Positions 27,323 to 38,506 of a DNA stretch of 64,000 nucleotides are shown here, one piece after another. A model generated the notes under the pieces. It did no database searches. It was not told the origin of the DNA and saw only the letters and a list, made by a program, of their open reading frames with translations. A program made the translations under genes and the position numbers. The first letter of the stretch is position 1; every line of letters begins with the position of its first letter. The stretch is from Longimicrobiales bacterium (GTDB taxonomy: Bacteria; Gemmatimonadota; Gemmatimonadetes; Longimicrobiales; Gaopeijiaceae), in assembly GCA_963422615.1 (NCBI GenBank), contig OY730414.1, positions 1,534,302 to 1,598,301 of the forward strand. The letters are read 5' to 3'.

Positions 27323-27994
27323 ATGGACGGGACCAGGGACATGGAAATAGGTCGTTCGGGCATCTTCGGCGCCGGGACCCCGGCCTTCCTGACCACCAAG
27401 CTGGATTTCGTGGTCAACTGGGCTCGGCGGAACTCCCTGTGGCCCATGCCCTTCGGTACCGCTTGCTGTGCCATCGAGATGATGGCCTCGGCGGCCAGTA
27501 ACTTCGATCTGGCCCGATTCGGCATGGAGCGCATGTCCTTCAGCCCCCGCCAGGCCGACGTGCTGATCTGTGCCGGCCGCGTGCCCTACAAGCTGGCGCC
27601 GGTGCTGCGCCGGATTTGGGACCAGATGATGCAGCCCAAGTGGTGCGTCTCCATGGGCGCCTGCGCGTCCTCGGGGGGCGTGTTCGACGTCTACTCAATG
27701 GTGCAGGGAATCGACACCATCGTTCCGGTGGACGTCTATATTCCCGGTTGTCCTCCCCGGCCCGAGGGCCTGATCTACGGACTGATGATGGTTCAGGAGA
27801 AGATCCGAGGCGAAAGTTTGGCCAACCACGCCGAGCTTCGCCTTGAAGACCCCGAAGCTGCCGGCCGCCCCCGGGCCAGTGAAGAAGAAGTGGCCGAGCT
27901 CACGGGCCCCTTCGGGAACTCCACCCAGCAGAACCGGGTCAGTGGGCGGGTGGAAACCGACCCCATTCGGCGACCCGATGACCGGCTTCCATAG
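27323..27994 (+). CDS. nuoB: NADH-quinone oxidoreductase subunit B
   Basis: '[11 protein letters not shown]', 'SPRQAD', 'MGACASSGG', 'PGCPPRPE'. Confidence 0.97.
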   Translation: MDGTRDMEIGRSGIFGAGTPAFLTTKLDFVVNWARRNSLWPMPFGTACCAIEMMASAASNFDLARFGMERMSFSPRQADVLICAGRVPYKLAPVLRRIWDQMMQPKWCVSMGACASSGGVFDVYSMVQGIDTIVPVDVYIPGCPPRPEGLIYGLMMVQEKIRGESLANHAELRLEDPEAAGRPRASEEEVAELTGPFGNSTQQNRVSGRVETDPIRRPDDRLP

Positions 27995-28032
27995 GCCCGT
28001 GCAAACATTCGGCACCTGGCTGGACGATCGGC

Positions 28033-28770
28033 ATGACCGACGGTAGTCCCGTTGACTTCGGTTGGGTGGCGGAGGGTGTTCGCCCCACGGCGGAGGCGGC
28101 TTCTCCTTCTGCTGCGGAGGAAGGTGTCCCGCCCGGCAATCCTTCCGTCACGGCGCTTCGGGAGCACTTTCTCGGGGACATCTTCCGCAACGAGGTGTGT
28201 GCCGGCGACCAGGATGTGGTCTATGTGAATCCCGGCCGGATCGTGGAGATCCTGGGCTGGCTTCACCGGGAACCGGATCAGCAGTACGATCACTTGGCCG
28301 ATCTCACGGCGGTTGACTACGGAGGCGGGAAGCCATTGGAGGTCGTCTACCAGCTCTGGTCCATCCCCCGCCGGAGCGCCCTCCGGGTCAAGTGCGAGCT
28401 TCCCCTTTCGGGGTTGGAGATTGAGACCGTTACGGGGATCTGGAAGGGGGCCGACTGGCTTGAACGGGAAGTGTACGATCTCTTCGGAGTCCGCTTCCGG
28501 GGCCACCCCGACCTGCGCCGCATCTTGATGCCCGAGAACTACGCCGAAGGACATCCCCTGCGGAAAGACTTTCCCATGCGGGGCCGGTTCTCCCGGGCGG
28601 AACAGACCCGCCGGGCCCTGACCCAGGATCCGGAGGACGACTACATCCCGGGCGAGATCGCGGAACGCGTGCCCCAGACGGCGGCCGCCGGCCCCACGGC
28701 CACCTCCGGTGACGTGGTGGGGGCTGCCCGGGAAGCCGCTGCCGCCGATGGAGGCGGAGAGGTCTCCTGA
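28033..28770 (+). CDS. nuoC: NADH-quinone oxidoreductase subunit C
   Basis: 'DLTAVDY', 'ADWLEREVYDLFG..F.GHPDLRRIL', 'GHPLRKDFP'. Confidence 0.96.
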   Translation: MTDGSPVDFGWVAEGVRPTAEAASPSAAEEGVPPGNPSVTALREHFLGDIFRNEVCAGDQDVVYVNPGRIVEILGWLHREPDQQYDHLADLTAVDYGGGKPLEVVYQLWSIPRRSALRVKCELPLSGLEIETVTGIWKGADWLEREVYDLFGVRFRGHPDLRRILMPENYAEGHPLRKDFPMRGRFSRAEQTRRALTQDPEDDYIPGEIAERVPQTAAAGPTATSGDVVGAAREAAAADGGGEVS

Positions 28771-30047
28771 TGGCCACCAAGACCCTCGAGTACGGCGTGA
28801 GCCGGACCCCGGAAATGGGACCGGGCGGGGTCCTGGTGGCCAGCCCGACCGATCCATTTGACGCCCCCGAGCCAGAGCTCGGCTCGGAGACCATGCTGGT
28901 GAACGTGGGTCCCCAGCACCCGGCCACCCACGGGGTCCTCAGGCTGGTCGTGGAGCTGGACGGGGAGACGGTGGTCAAGGTCGTGCCCCGAATCGGCTAC
29001 CTCCACTCTTCCTTCGAAAAGCTGGGGGAGTACCGAAGCTGGAACCAGATCGTCCCCCTGACGGATCGTATGGACTACCTGGCGCCCCTGATCTACAACT
29101 GCGCCTACGTCATGGCGGTCGAGAAACTCATGGGAATCGAGGTAACGGATCGTTGCCGCGTCACCCGGGTGATCTGCATGGAGATGGACCGGATCTTCTC
29201 CCATCTCCTCTGGCTTGGCACCTGGTCCATTGATGTGGGGGCCTTCACCCCGTTCCTCTACGCCTTCCAGCAAAGGGAGAAGGTCTACAAGCTTCACGAA
29301 GCCCTGACGGGGGCGCGAATCACGACCTCGGCCACCCGGATCGGGGGAATGATGGCCGATCTGCCCGAAGGGTGGACCCGGGGGGTGAGGGACTTCGTGA
29401 ACCACCTTCCAGCCACCCTGGACGAGATCGACGGCCTCCTGAAGCACAACGCCATCCACATCGGCAGGGCCCAAGGGATCGGGGCCATTTCGGCGGAAGA
29501 GGCGGTGAACCACGGTCTTACCGGAGCCAATCTCCGGGCCAGCGGCATCCCGTACGATGTGCGCAAGGACCGCCCCTATTACGGCTACGACAACTACGAC
29601 TTCGAAGTCCCCATCGGTTGTCACGGAGACTGTTACGACCGCTACCTGGTGCGGATGGAGGAGATGCGTCAAAGCATACGGATTCTCCACCAAGCGCTGG
29701 ACGGACTGCCCGGGGGCCCCATGGACTTGGACGATCCCAGGGTCACCTTGCCGTCCAAGACGGATTGCATGTCGGACATGGAGTCCATGATCCACCACTT
29801 CAAGCTTGTCACGGAGGGAATCCCGGCGCCGGCGGAGGACTGTTGGTTCTCCGTTGAGGGCTCAAAGGGAGAGCTGGGGATGTACGTGGTGGGCGACGGC
29901 GGGCCCAAGCCGGTGCGGTGGCGCATCCGGCCCCCGTCCTTTGTGAACCTTTCCGCGATTCCCGCCTTGGCCGAGGGACATCTCATGGCCGATCTGATCG
30001 TGATCAACGCGAGCCTGGACATCGTTCTAGGGGAAATCGACCGATGA
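28770..30047 (+). CDS. nuoD: NADH-quinone oxidoreductase subunit D
   Basis: 'NVGPQHPATHGVLRL', 'DRMDY', 'RIRPPSF', C-terminal 'DIVLGEIDR'. Confidence 0.97.
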   Translation: MATKTLEYGVSRTPEMGPGGVLVASPTDPFDAPEPELGSETMLVNVGPQHPATHGVLRLVVELDGETVVKVVPRIGYLHSSFEKLGEYRSWNQIVPLTDRMDYLAPLIYNCAYVMAVEKLMGIEVTDRCRVTRVICMEMDRIFSHLLWLGTWSIDVGAFTPFLYAFQQREKVYKLHEALTGARITTSATRIGGMMADLPEGWTRGVRDFVNHLPATLDEIDGLLKHNAIHIGRAQGIGAISAEEAVNHGLTGANLRASGIPYDVRKDRPYYGYDNYDFEVPIGCHGDCYDRYLVRMEEMRQSIRILHQALDGLPGGPMDLDDPRVTLPSKTDCMSDMESMIHHFKLVTEGIPAPAEDCWFSVEGSKGELGMYVVGDGGPKPVRWRIRPPSFVNLSAIPALAEGHLMADLIVINASLDIVLGEIDR

Positions 30048-30718
30048 ACGGAGCCCCCTTTCGAAACCCGGGATGGGCCGGGAACACCGGGGAATTCGAA
30101 TTGAACGAAGCCGACGTCCGGGGCATGGATTATGCCGGAGAACGTCCCCTGGACGGAGGACACCCGGCCGTGTCCCCCAGCGTCCCCTACCTGCTCACAG
30201 AGAAGGATCCTTCCGCCCCCCTCTTTGAGGGCCCCTACAGGGAGCGCTTCCAGAAGATTCGCAGCCGGTACCCCACGACCCAGGCCGCGCTTCTGCCTGT
30301 GCTCAACCTGGCCCAGGAACTGCGAGGCCACATTTCACCCCGGACGATGGACGAGGTGGCCGGCCTTCTCGGCCTGAGCCCCGCCCATGTAAGGGGTGTG
30401 GTCTCCTTCTACACGATGTACAACAAGCGTCCCATCGGGCGCTTTCTCATACAGGTGTGCACCAACATTTCCTGCAACCTGTGCGGGGCCGAGGAGGTGC
30501 TGGCCGCCTTCCTGGAGCATACCCACACGGAGCTGGGGGAGACATCCGCCGACGGGAACTTCACGGTGGTTGAGGCCGAATGTCTTGCGGCGTGCGGGTT
30601 CCCCACCTGTGTGCAGATCAATTCCCGTTACTTCGAAGACGTCAAGGCCAAAGAAGTACCCGATGTGCTCGCTCGCCTGAAGGGCGAACTGGACGACGGC
30701 GCGAGCCGGCACCTTTAG
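30044..30718 (+). CDS. nuoE: NADH-quinone oxidoreductase subunit E
   Basis: 'SFYTMY', [2Fe-2S] ligands 'CTNISC' and 'CLAAC'. Confidence 0.95.
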   Translation: MNGAPFRNPGWAGNTGEFELNEADVRGMDYAGERPLDGGHPAVSPSVPYLLTEKDPSAPLFEGPYRERFQKIRSRYPTTQAALLPVLNLAQELRGHISPRTMDEVAGLLGLSPAHVRGVVSFYTMYNKRPIGRFLIQVCTNISCNLCGAEEVLAAFLEHTHTELGETSADGNFTVVEAECLAACGFPTCVQINSRYFEDVKAKEVPDVLARLKGELDDGASRHL

Positions 30719-30728
30719 GGAACCTACG

Positions 30729-32021
30729 ATGGCGTATCCCTACCGACACGAAAAGGAAGTCAGGATCCTGAGCGAAGGCTTCGGAGATCCTGGCGCTCGT
30801 ACCCTCCCCGGATGGCGGGAGCGCGGCGGATACAAGGGACTTGCCCGGGTGCTGGAGATCGGAAGAGACAAGACCATTGACGAGGTCAAGGCCTCAGGCT
30901 TGCGCGGAAGGGGTGGGGCGGGCTTCCCCACGGGCTTGAAGTGGTCGTTCATGCCGAAAGACGCCCGCCGACCCCACTACTTGCTGTGCAACGCCGACGA
31001 ATCCGAACCCGGTACGTTCAAGGATCGGGAGATCATCCGCTGGACCCCCCATCAGCTCATCGAGGGTTGCCTCGTGGGTGCCTACGCGATCGGCGCCGAA
31101 CACTGCTACATCTATCTTCGGGGGGAGTTCTTCGAAACTACCGCCATCCTCGCCCGGGCCGTCGAAGAGGCCTACGAGGCGGGGCTTGCGGGAAGGGACA
31201 TCCTGGGGTCGGGAGCGGACATTGACATTACCCTTCATGTCGGTGCCGGTGCCTACATTTGCGGCGAAGAGACCGGCCTGATGAGCTCCCTTGAAGGCCG
31301 CCGGGGGGAGCCCCGGGTCAAGCCGCCCTTTCCGGCGGCGGCAGGCGCCTTCGGGATGCCGACCACGATCAACAACGTGGAAACCCTTGCGGCGGTGGCC
31401 CACATTGCCCGTCACGGGGGGGAGTGGTACCGTCAGTGGGGCACGAAGCGGAGTCCCGGTACCAAGCTCTTCTGCGTCTCCGGGCACGTGAACAAGCCGG
31501 GCAACTACGAGCTTCCCCTCGGCTTCCCCCTCATGGAGCTCATTGAAGATGTGTGTGGCGGCGTCCGGGGGGGAAACGCGCTCAAAGCGGTGATTCCGGG
31601 GGGCAGTTCGGTCCCCATCATGAGCGCTGGGGACTGCAAGACGTGCACCTTGGACTACGAGGGCTTGGAGGCGTGCGGTTCAATGCTCGGGTGCGCGTCG
31701 GTCATCGTGATGGACGAGACCGCCGACATTGTGAAGCAGGTTTGGCGCATGGCTCACTTCTACGCCCACGAGTCGTGCGGGCAGTGCACCCCGTGCCGGG
31801 AAGGCACGGCGTGGGCCACCCGGATCCTCCGGCGTATCGAAGACGGTCGGGGGACAGAGGAAGACCTGGATACCCTTCTCCAAATCTCGGACCAAATGAC
31901 GGGAACGACCATATGCGTCCTTTCGGACTCCCTGGCGGCGCCGGTCATCTCCTCGATTCGGAAATTCCGGGATGACTACCTGGCCCTCATCCGCCGGGGA
32001 GAGCGGGTCGGCACCGCATGA
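30729..32021 (+). CDS. nuoF: NADH-quinone oxidoreductase subunit F
   Basis: 'LRGRGGAGFPTG', 'NADESEPGTFKD', 'GAYICGEET', 'ESCGQCTPCREG'. Confidence 0.97.
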   Translation: MAYPYRHEKEVRILSEGFGDPGARTLPGWRERGGYKGLARVLEIGRDKTIDEVKASGLRGRGGAGFPTGLKWSFMPKDARRPHYLLCNADESEPGTFKDREIIRWTPHQLIEGCLVGAYAIGAEHCYIYLRGEFFETTAILARAVEEAYEAGLAGRDILGSGADIDITLHVGAGAYICGEETGLMSSLEGRRGEPRVKPPFPAAAGAFGMPTTINNVETLAAVAHIARHGGEWYRQWGTKRSPGTKLFCVSGHVNKPGNYELPLGFPLMELIEDVCGGVRGGNALKAVIPGGSSVPIMSAGDCKTCTLDYEGLEACGSMLGCASVIVMDETADIVKQVWRMAHFYAHESCGQCTPCREGTAWATRILRRIEDGRGTEEDLDTLLQISDQMTGTTICVLSDSLAAPVISSIRKFRDDYLALIRRGERVGTA

Positions 32022-32039
32022 TTCACCCAGAGGAAGCCA

Positions 32040-33671
32040 ATGCCGGACAACCGTCAAGACGCTGAAACGGTCACCCTGACGATCGATGGCCAAGAGGTCA
32101 CGGTCCCCGGGGGTACCTCGTTGCTCCGGGCTGCCGAGTCGCTCGGAACCCTTGTCCCCCACTACTGCTACCATCCGGGGCTCTCGGCTCCGGCCCAGTG
32201 CAGAATCTGCCTGGTGGAGGTGGAAGGCGCCCCCAAGCTTCAGCCCGCGTGTGTGACCATGGCTCGGGACGGCCAGGTGGTCCGAACCGACAGTTCCGAA
32301 GCCGTGAAGATGCGCAAGGGCGTTCTGGAGTTCTACTTGGTGAACCATCCGCTGGACTGTCCCATTTGCGATATGTCGGGGGAGTGCAAGCTTCAGGACT
32401 ATGTCTTTGTCGAAGGTCGGGAGCGCGGCCGAGGCCGGGAGCCGAAGCGGGTGTTCGGTCGCGACGACTTCGGGGGCGATGTTCTGTACTACGGAGACAG
32501 GTGTGTCATGTGCACGCGCTGCGTGCGCTTCATGGACGAGGTAGCTCGGGACTCCCGCCTCACGGTGGTCGAACGGGGGAGCCGCGCCGTCATTGACACC
32601 TTCTTCGAACGAGGGCTGGAGGGCGCTTCCTTTGCGGGCAATGTGGTGGACATTTGTCCCGTGGGGGCACTGGTGTCCAAGGATTTTCTGCACAAGGCCA
32701 GGGCTTGGGACCTGGATCACACGCCGTCGGTGTGTTCCAGCTGCAGCCAGGGTTGCAACATTGAAGTCCACGTGAGGGACAACCTTGTGCAGCGGCTGAA
32801 GCCCCGGGAGAACCAGGAAGTCAACGGCCACTGGATGTGCGACTACGGGCGGGGGAACTTCGAATGGTTGAACCGGCCCGACCGCCTCGAGACGCCGCTG
32901 GCCCGTGGCAAATCGAAGCTGCGGCCGGCGGAATGGACGGAAGTATTGGAGGACGTATTTGCGCGCCTCGTCAAGCTTCAGGGCAGGGATGTCGGAGTCG
33001 TCGGCTCTGCTTTCTGGTCCAACGAAGGGCTCGGGACCCTTGCTTCCCTGGCCCGCTCGGTGGGCACCGTATCCTACTGTGTCTTCCGGTCGCCCCGAGC
33101 GGACGACGAAGATCCGTTGCCGGGCTTCCCTCGGCTGATCCGCCGTCGGGACCTGGCGCCCAACGTTGAAGGCGCGGCCCTCCTGGGCTTCCAGCGGACC
33201 GGGGATGACGACGGCTTCGGCGGTCTGGGCGACCTAGCGAAGCACGACGGGGTCCTTGTGGTGCTGGGAGACGAGCTCGGCGACCAGGGGGAAGACTTCG
33301 GGGCCGAGGCGCGGTTGTTCGTGTATTTGGGGACGACGGACTCCCCGGCGGCCCGGAATGCGCACTTTGTCCTCCCGGTCACGACTTTTGCCGAGCAGGA
33401 AGGCTCGTTCGTCAACGCGCAGGGAAGGGTGCAGCGATTCCAGACGGCGCTTCGGGCCCCCGGAGTGGCGCGGCCGGCCTGGATGATTCTCGGGGCACTG
33501 CTTGCGGCGTTGCGCAAAGAAGCGCCAGCACCGCGCCGGGCGGAGGACGCGTTTTCCGCGCTGGCGCAGGATCATCCCGCCTTCTCCGGCCTGAGCTATG
33601 CGGATTTGGGCTCCGCCGGGGTTGAGATGCCCTCCCTTGCCGAGATGGGAACGACGGGGGAGAGCCCGTGA
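32040..33671 (+). CDS. nuoG: NADH-quinone oxidoreductase subunit G (short form)
   Basis: 'PHYCYHP..CRIC', 'NHPLDCPICD..GEC', 'CVMCTRC...CPVGAL', 'CSSCSQGC...C'; 543 aa. Confidence 0.93.
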   Translation: MPDNRQDAETVTLTIDGQEVTVPGGTSLLRAAESLGTLVPHYCYHPGLSAPAQCRICLVEVEGAPKLQPACVTMARDGQVVRTDSSEAVKMRKGVLEFYLVNHPLDCPICDMSGECKLQDYVFVEGRERGRGREPKRVFGRDDFGGDVLYYGDRCVMCTRCVRFMDEVARDSRLTVVERGSRAVIDTFFERGLEGASFAGNVVDICPVGALVSKDFLHKARAWDLDHTPSVCSSCSQGCNIEVHVRDNLVQRLKPRENQEVNGHWMCDYGRGNFEWLNRPDRLETPLARGKSKLRPAEWTEVLEDVFARLVKLQGRDVGVVGSAFWSNEGLGTLASLARSVGTVSYCVFRSPRADDEDPLPGFPRLIRRRDLAPNVEGAALLGFQRTGDDDGFGGLGDLAKHDGVLVVLGDELGDQGEDFGAEARLFVYLGTTDSPAARNAHFVLPVTTFAEQEGSFVNAQGRVQRFQTALRAPGVARPAWMILGALLAALRKEAPAPRRAEDAFSALAQDHPAFSGLSYADLGSAGVEMPSLAEMGTTGESP

Positions 33672-34963
33672 ACGAGATGAACCAGTTTTCTCCCGCCGAA
33701 TTCGTGGCGATCGGTGCGGTCAAGGTGATCGCCGTCTTCACCGTCGTGATGCTGGGCGTCGCCTACATGACCCTGGCGGAACGTCGGGTTTCTGCCTTCA
33801 TACAGGATCGCCTGGGCCCGAACCGGGTGGGGCCCTTCGGTCTGTTGCAGCCGATTGCCGACGGTCTCAAGAATATTCTCAAGGAAGAGACGATGCCGGG
33901 TACGGCGGCAAAGTTCTACTTTGTCCTGGGACCGGCCTTGGCCATCATGCCTGCCGTGGTCACCTTCGCCGTGATTCCCGTGGCTTCGCCCCTACCCACG
34001 CCGAAGGGGAACGTGGACATGATCGTTGCCGATGTGCCCATCGGCATCCTGTACATTCTCGCCCTATCGTCCCTGGCGGTCTACGGGATCGTCCTCTCCG
34101 GCTGGGCCTCCAACAACAAGTATGCTTTTCTGGGCGGGCTCCGGGCCTCGGCCCAGATGATCTCCTACGAAGTCGCCCTGGGGCTGAGCATCATAGCCGT
34201 GCTTCTGCTCGCCGGCAACGTCACCCTCACGGAGATGGTCTGGAAGCAGCAGCAACTGGACTTCTGGTTCGTTTTCCCCCTGTCGCTCGCCTTCATCTTC
34301 TTTGTGGTGTCCGCTTTTGCAGAGACGAACCGGCTTCCTTTTGATATGCCGGAAGCCGAGTCGGAGCTGATTACCGGGTACCACACGGAGTACTCCGCCA
34401 TGAAGTTTTCTATGTTCTTCATTGCGGAGTACGCGCACATGCTGACGGCTTCCGCCCTCATGGCGACCCTCTTCTTCGGCGGCTGGGACATCCCCTTCTG
34501 GACGGGCGACGACATGTTCTACCACGGAGGCGAGCTGATCCGCGGCTTTGACGCAGCAGGGGTCCCGATCGCTGCCGAACCGAGCGGGCTGAAGACGCTT
34601 CTCACCCTTGGCTCTTTCACGTTGAAGACGTCCTTCTTCGTGCTCCTGTACATCTGGATTCGCTGGACCCTTCCCCGCTTCCGCTACGACCAAGTGATGC
34701 ACCTGGGGTGGAAGGTTTTGCTGCCCGCGTCCCTGGGGTACATCATGCTTGTGGCGGGCACCATGCTGGTTCTGGATCAGGTGGGCGTTTCGTTCGGCTT
34801 TTCGTACGGGCTGGTGCTCACCGGAGTGAGTACGCTGGCTGTCTTGGCCTTCCTGTTCGTCGTTGACCGGGATCGAATCATCGCCGGGGCGCACCGGAGG
34901 ATGGAGGTGACCGGACCCGGAGGTCGGGACGTTCGCTCGAAACCGATTCCACCTTACAGGTAA
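33668..34963 (+). CDS. nuoH: NADH-quinone oxidoreductase subunit H
   Basis: 'ERRV...[10 protein letters not shown]', 'QMISYE', '[22 protein letters not shown]', 'PRFRYDQ'. Confidence 0.96.
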   Translation: MNEMNQFSPAEFVAIGAVKVIAVFTVVMLGVAYMTLAERRVSAFIQDRLGPNRVGPFGLLQPIADGLKNILKEETMPGTAAKFYFVLGPALAIMPAVVTFAVIPVASPLPTPKGNVDMIVADVPIGILYILALSSLAVYGIVLSGWASNNKYAFLGGLRASAQMISYEVALGLSIIAVLLLAGNVTLTEMVWKQQQLDFWFVFPLSLAFIFFVVSAFAETNRLPFDMPEAESELITGYHTEYSAMKFSMFFIAEYAHMLTASALMATLFFGGWDIPFWTGDDMFYHGGELIRGFDAAGVPIAAEPSGLKTLLTLGSFTLKTSFFVLLYIWIRWTLPRFRYDQVMHLGWKVLLPASLGYIMLVAGTMLVLDQVGVSFGFSYGLVLTGVSTLAVLAFLFVVDRDRIIAGAHRRMEVTGPGGRDVRSKPIPPYR

Positions 34964-34982
34964 ACACAAGGATCATCGGCCA

Positions 34983-35483
34983 ATGGCGATATCGGTAAAA
35001 GTGATGAAACGCCCCGAGGCGGGCCGCACTTCCTACCTGCGGGCGACCCTGAAGGGCATGAGCCTCACCTTCCGACACCTCGTCCGCCCCAAGGCGGTGA
35101 CCCTGGAGTACCCGGAGGAGCAGCCTGGGCTCCATCCTCGCTGGCGGGGCACGCACAGGATGGAGGTACACGCCGACGGTCGTCCCAAGTGCGTGGCTTG
35201 CGGCCTCTGCCCCACGGTTTGCCCCGCCAACTGCATTCGCTTGGTGGGGGGAGAGGACGACCAGGGCAACCGATACCCCATCGTGTACGAGATCGACGAG
35301 TTCCGGTGCATCTTCTGCGGCATGTGTCAGGAGGTGTGCCCTGTTGAGGCAATCCACGTGGGCCGACACTTCGAGAACGCGGAATACGACCGGGACCGCT
35401 TCGTCTACGACCTGGACCGGCTCATGGAACAGGATCACCCCGTCACACGGCTCTGGGACCCCTCCGATCCGCGTTCCGAATGA
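34983..35483 (+). CDS. nuoI: NADH-quinone oxidoreductase subunit I
   Basis: Two CxxCxxCxxxCP motifs. Confidence 0.96.
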   Translation: MAISVKVMKRPEAGRTSYLRATLKGMSLTFRHLVRPKAVTLEYPEEQPGLHPRWRGTHRMEVHADGRPKCVACGLCPTVCPANCIRLVGGEDDQGNRYPIVYEIDEFRCIFCGMCQEVCPVEAIHVGRHFENAEYDRDRFVYDLDRLMEQDHPVTRLWDPSDPRSE

Positions 35484-36001
35484 CCGAGGTCCTCTTCGTT
35501 CTGTTCGGGGTCATCGCCGTCGGCAGTGCCGTCGGCGTGGTCATGAGCCGCAGCCCCGTGGGAAGCCTACTCTTCATGGTGGCCACCTTGGCCAGCGTCG
35601 CCGGGATTTACGTACTCTTTGAGGCTCACTTTCTGGCGGCGGTACAGGTGATGGTCTATGCGGGTGCCATCATGGTCCTGTTTCTGTTCGTGATCATGCT
35701 TCTGAATCTGGGCCACGCCTACCAGGCAGATGTGAAATTCGGCCTGTGGACCCTGTTGTCTCTCGCGGTCACCGGGCTGATGGCCGGGATCCTGTTGAAT
35801 CGCTTCTGGGATGGGGGAAGGTCGGGCCTGGTCGGCGACTCCGCTGCCGCTGCCATTGACGCCTCGATCCGGGAAAAGGGAGCCGTCGGAGCCATTGCCG
35901 ATCCCTTGTTTACGGACTACGTCGTCGCCTTCGAGCTCACCGGGCTGTTGCTGCTGGTAGCCATCGTTGCGGCCGTGGTTCTGGCCAAGCCCCGTACCTA
36001 A
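35480..36001 (+). CDS. nuoJ: NADH-quinone oxidoreductase subunit J
   Basis: '[20 protein letters not shown]', 'FEL'. Confidence 0.95.
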   Translation: MTEVLFVLFGVIAVGSAVGVVMSRSPVGSLLFMVATLASVAGIYVLFEAHFLAAVQVMVYAGAIMVLFLFVIMLLNLGHAYQADVKFGLWTLLSLAVTGLMAGILLNRFWDGGRSGLVGDSAAAAIDASIREKGAVGAIADPLFTDYVVAFELTGLLLLVAIVAAVVLAKPRT

Positions 36002-36015
36002 CCCCGGGAATCTCC

Positions 36016-36312
36016 ATGCTGACCCAGCCGGCTGTCCTGCTCAGCGTCCTCCTCTTCGCGATCGGCTCCCTGGGCGTGGTCATCCGAAGAAACGCGATCA
36101 TCATGTTCCTCTGCATTGAGCTCCAGCTGAACGCTGTGAATCTTGCCTTTGTCGCCCTGTCCAGGCACGTCGGCATCGAGGGCCAAGTTTTCGTGTTTTT
36201 CGTCATGACCGTCGCCGCCGCTGAGGCCGCGGTAGGCTTGGCCATCATCATCTCGGTCTTCCGTCACTTTGAGACGGTCAACGTGGACAAGTTCAACCTT
36301 CTCAAGTGGTGA
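36016..36312 (+). CDS. nuoK: NADH-quinone oxidoreductase subunit K
   Basis: 'RRN', 'IEL.LNAVNL', '[11 protein letters not shown]'. Confidence 0.96.
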   Translation: MLTQPAVLLSVLLFAIGSLGVVIRRNAIIMFLCIELQLNAVNLAFVALSRHVGIEGQVFVFFVMTVAAAEAAVGLAIIISVFRHFETVNVDKFNLLKW

Positions 36313-36316
36313 TCCT

Positions 36317-38506
36317 GTGGAATCCCCGTTGACTGCGGTCGCCGGGCCGGCGACTCCCTTCGCCTTGGTCCGCTCCTTCCAGGAGTCCGGGCAATGGGAA
36401 CCGGTCCTCCTCTGGCTGATCGTCCTCCTTCCCCTCCTGGGTTTCGCCATCAACGGGGTGCTCGCCTTGAGGGCTGCGGGTCGTTCCGCCGCGGCGCTGC
36501 GGGCGGGCCATGCTGACGAACCCTTCCCGGGCGGGGCCCGCCCGTGGACCCACACCCTGCCAAGCTGGGTGGGCCCCGGGGTCATGCTCGTTGCCTTCGT
36601 CCTGGCGCTGGTGAACTTCGCCGGGTTGTGGGGGGCCGACCTTCACGAACCCGTGGTTCGTCGCTATTGGAGCTGGATCGCCACCGGTACCCTGCGCATT
36701 GATGCTGCCCTGCAGCTTGACCACCTCTCCATGGTGATGCTGCTTGTGGTCACCGGGGTCGGCTTCCTGATCCACGTCTTCAGCGTGGGGTACATGAAGG
36801 ACGATCCGGGCTATCCCCGCTACTTCGCCTACTTGAACCTGTTCGTCTTCTTCATGCTGGTTCTGGTTCTCGGGGCTGGCTACGCCATGATGTTCGTGGG
36901 CTGGGAAGGCGTGGGACTCTGCAGCTACCTCCTGATCGGCTACTGGTTCAGGGATCGGGAGAAGTCCGACGCGGGGAAAAAGGCGTTTATCGTGAACCGG
37001 ATCGGGGACTTCGGCTTCCTTCTGGCCATGTTCCTCCTCTTCCGGGGGTTCGGGACCCTGGACTTCGTTCCCATCTTTGCCGGGGCCGAGTCGGAGCTCG
37101 TCTACGGCGGCTTCGGGGTCACCGTCATCACCCTGTTGCTCTTCTTGGGTGCCGTGGGGAAGAGCGCCCAGGTTCCGCTTCACGTCTGGCTCCCCGACGC
37201 CATGGCGGGCCCCACGCCGGTTTCCGCCCTCATTCATGCGGCGACCATGGTGACGGCAGGCGTCTACCTGGTGGCCCGCTCATCGGTTCTGTACGCGCTT
37301 GCCCCCACAAGCCAGGCCGTCGTGGCTGGAATCGGGGTGGTGACGGCGCTCTTTGCGGCGACCGTCGCCCTGAAGCAGTACGACATCAAGAAGGTGCTGG
37401 CCTACTCCACGGTCTCTCAGCTGGGCTTCATGTTTCTGGGGGCAGGCGTGGGCGCGTTCACGGCGTCCGTCTTCCATTTGGTGACCCACGCATTCTTCAA
37501 GGCCCTCCTTTTTCTGGGTGCTGGGGCGGTGATTCACTCCATGCACCAAGCGCTGCACCATTCGAAGGACGATCGGGATCCTCAGGACATGCGCAACATG
37601 GGTGGGTTGAAGAAGCGGATGCCCGTGACCTGGGCGGTGATGGGGATCGCAACCCTGGCCATTGCCGGGGTCTGGCCCTTTGCCGGGTTCTTCTCCAAAG
37701 ACGAGATCATTTGGTATACCGCCGCCTGGGCGGGGGCCGAATCAAATCCCTACCGGGGCCTCTACACCCTGTACTGGGGGGCGGCCCTGGCGACGGCCCT
37801 CCTCACCGCATTTTATATGGCCCGTTTGATGATTATGACGTTTCACGGCGCCAGCCGGGCGGGGGAGGGAGGGAAACGCCTCCGAGAGGCGCCCCCCGTC
37901 ATGACCGTCCCCCTTCTGATTCTCGCCTTCCTTACGGTCGCTGGCGGATGGATCAACGTCCCCGATGCCCTTCAGGGGTCTTTCATGGGCTTGTTCGGGT
38001 TCCTTCCGGGCGAATGGCTTCACCACTGGCTGGAGCCCGTAACGGCCGCTGCCAAGGAGATCCAGGTTTCCGGCTTCGGGGAGCCCGCCCACATCGCGCC
38101 TCTTGGAGGTGGGGAGTTCTTCTGGGCGTTGGTCTCGACGGCGGCCGCCCTTGCGGTGGTACTTGCCGCCACAGCCGTTCTGCGAAGACGTGCCTACGTT
38201 TCGGCGGACAAAGATGCCGGCCCCCGGGGAAGACTCGCGCTTGCCCTCTACAACAAGTGGTACTTCGACGAATTCTACGATCGTTGCATTGTGCGGCCCC
38301 TGCTGGCGGGCTCCCGGTGGTGCTGGAAGGTCATAGATACGGTGATCATTGACGGTATTGTAAACTTCGCTGGAAACTTCACCCGCCTTGCCGGCTGGAT
38401 CACGAGCTTCTTCCAAACCGGCCAGGTGAATACCTACGCCTTCGTGTTCACCTTGGGCGTTCTGTTTGTCCTGGGTGCCACGGTGTTCCGCGGATTGATG
38501 CCATGA
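36317..38506 (+). CDS. nuoL: NADH-quinone oxidoreductase subunit L
   Basis: 'GWEGVGLCSYLLIG', 'NRIGD', 'GKSAQVPLHVWLPDAMAGPTPVSALIHAATMV', 'HAFFKALLFL'; GTG start inferred. Confidence 0.96.
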   Translation: MESPLTAVAGPATPFALVRSFQESGQWEPVLLWLIVLLPLLGFAINGVLALRAAGRSAAALRAGHADEPFPGGARPWTHTLPSWVGPGVMLVAFVLALVNFAGLWGADLHEPVVRRYWSWIATGTLRIDAALQLDHLSMVMLLVVTGVGFLIHVFSVGYMKDDPGYPRYFAYLNLFVFFMLVLVLGAGYAMMFVGWEGVGLCSYLLIGYWFRDREKSDAGKKAFIVNRIGDFGFLLAMFLLFRGFGTLDFVPIFAGAESELVYGGFGVTVITLLLFLGAVGKSAQVPLHVWLPDAMAGPTPVSALIHAATMVTAGVYLVARSSVLYALAPTSQAVVAGIGVVTALFAATVALKQYDIKKVLAYSTVSQLGFMFLGAGVGAFTASVFHLVTHAFFKALLFLGAGAVIHSMHQALHHSKDDRDPQDMRNMGGLKKRMPVTWAVMGIATLAIAGVWPFAGFFSKDEIIWYTAAWAGAESNPYRGLYTLYWGAALATALLTAFYMARLMIMTFHGASRAGEGGKRLREAPPVMTVPLLILAFLTVAGGWINVPDALQGSFMGLFGFLPGEWLHHWLEPVTAAAKEIQVSGFGEPAHIAPLGGGEFFWALVSTAAALAVVLAATAVLRRRAYVSADKDAGPRGRLALALYNKWYFDEFYDRCIVRPLLAGSRWCWKVIDTVIIDGIVNFAGNFTRLAGWITSFFQTGQVNTYAFVFTLGVLFVLGATVFRGLMP

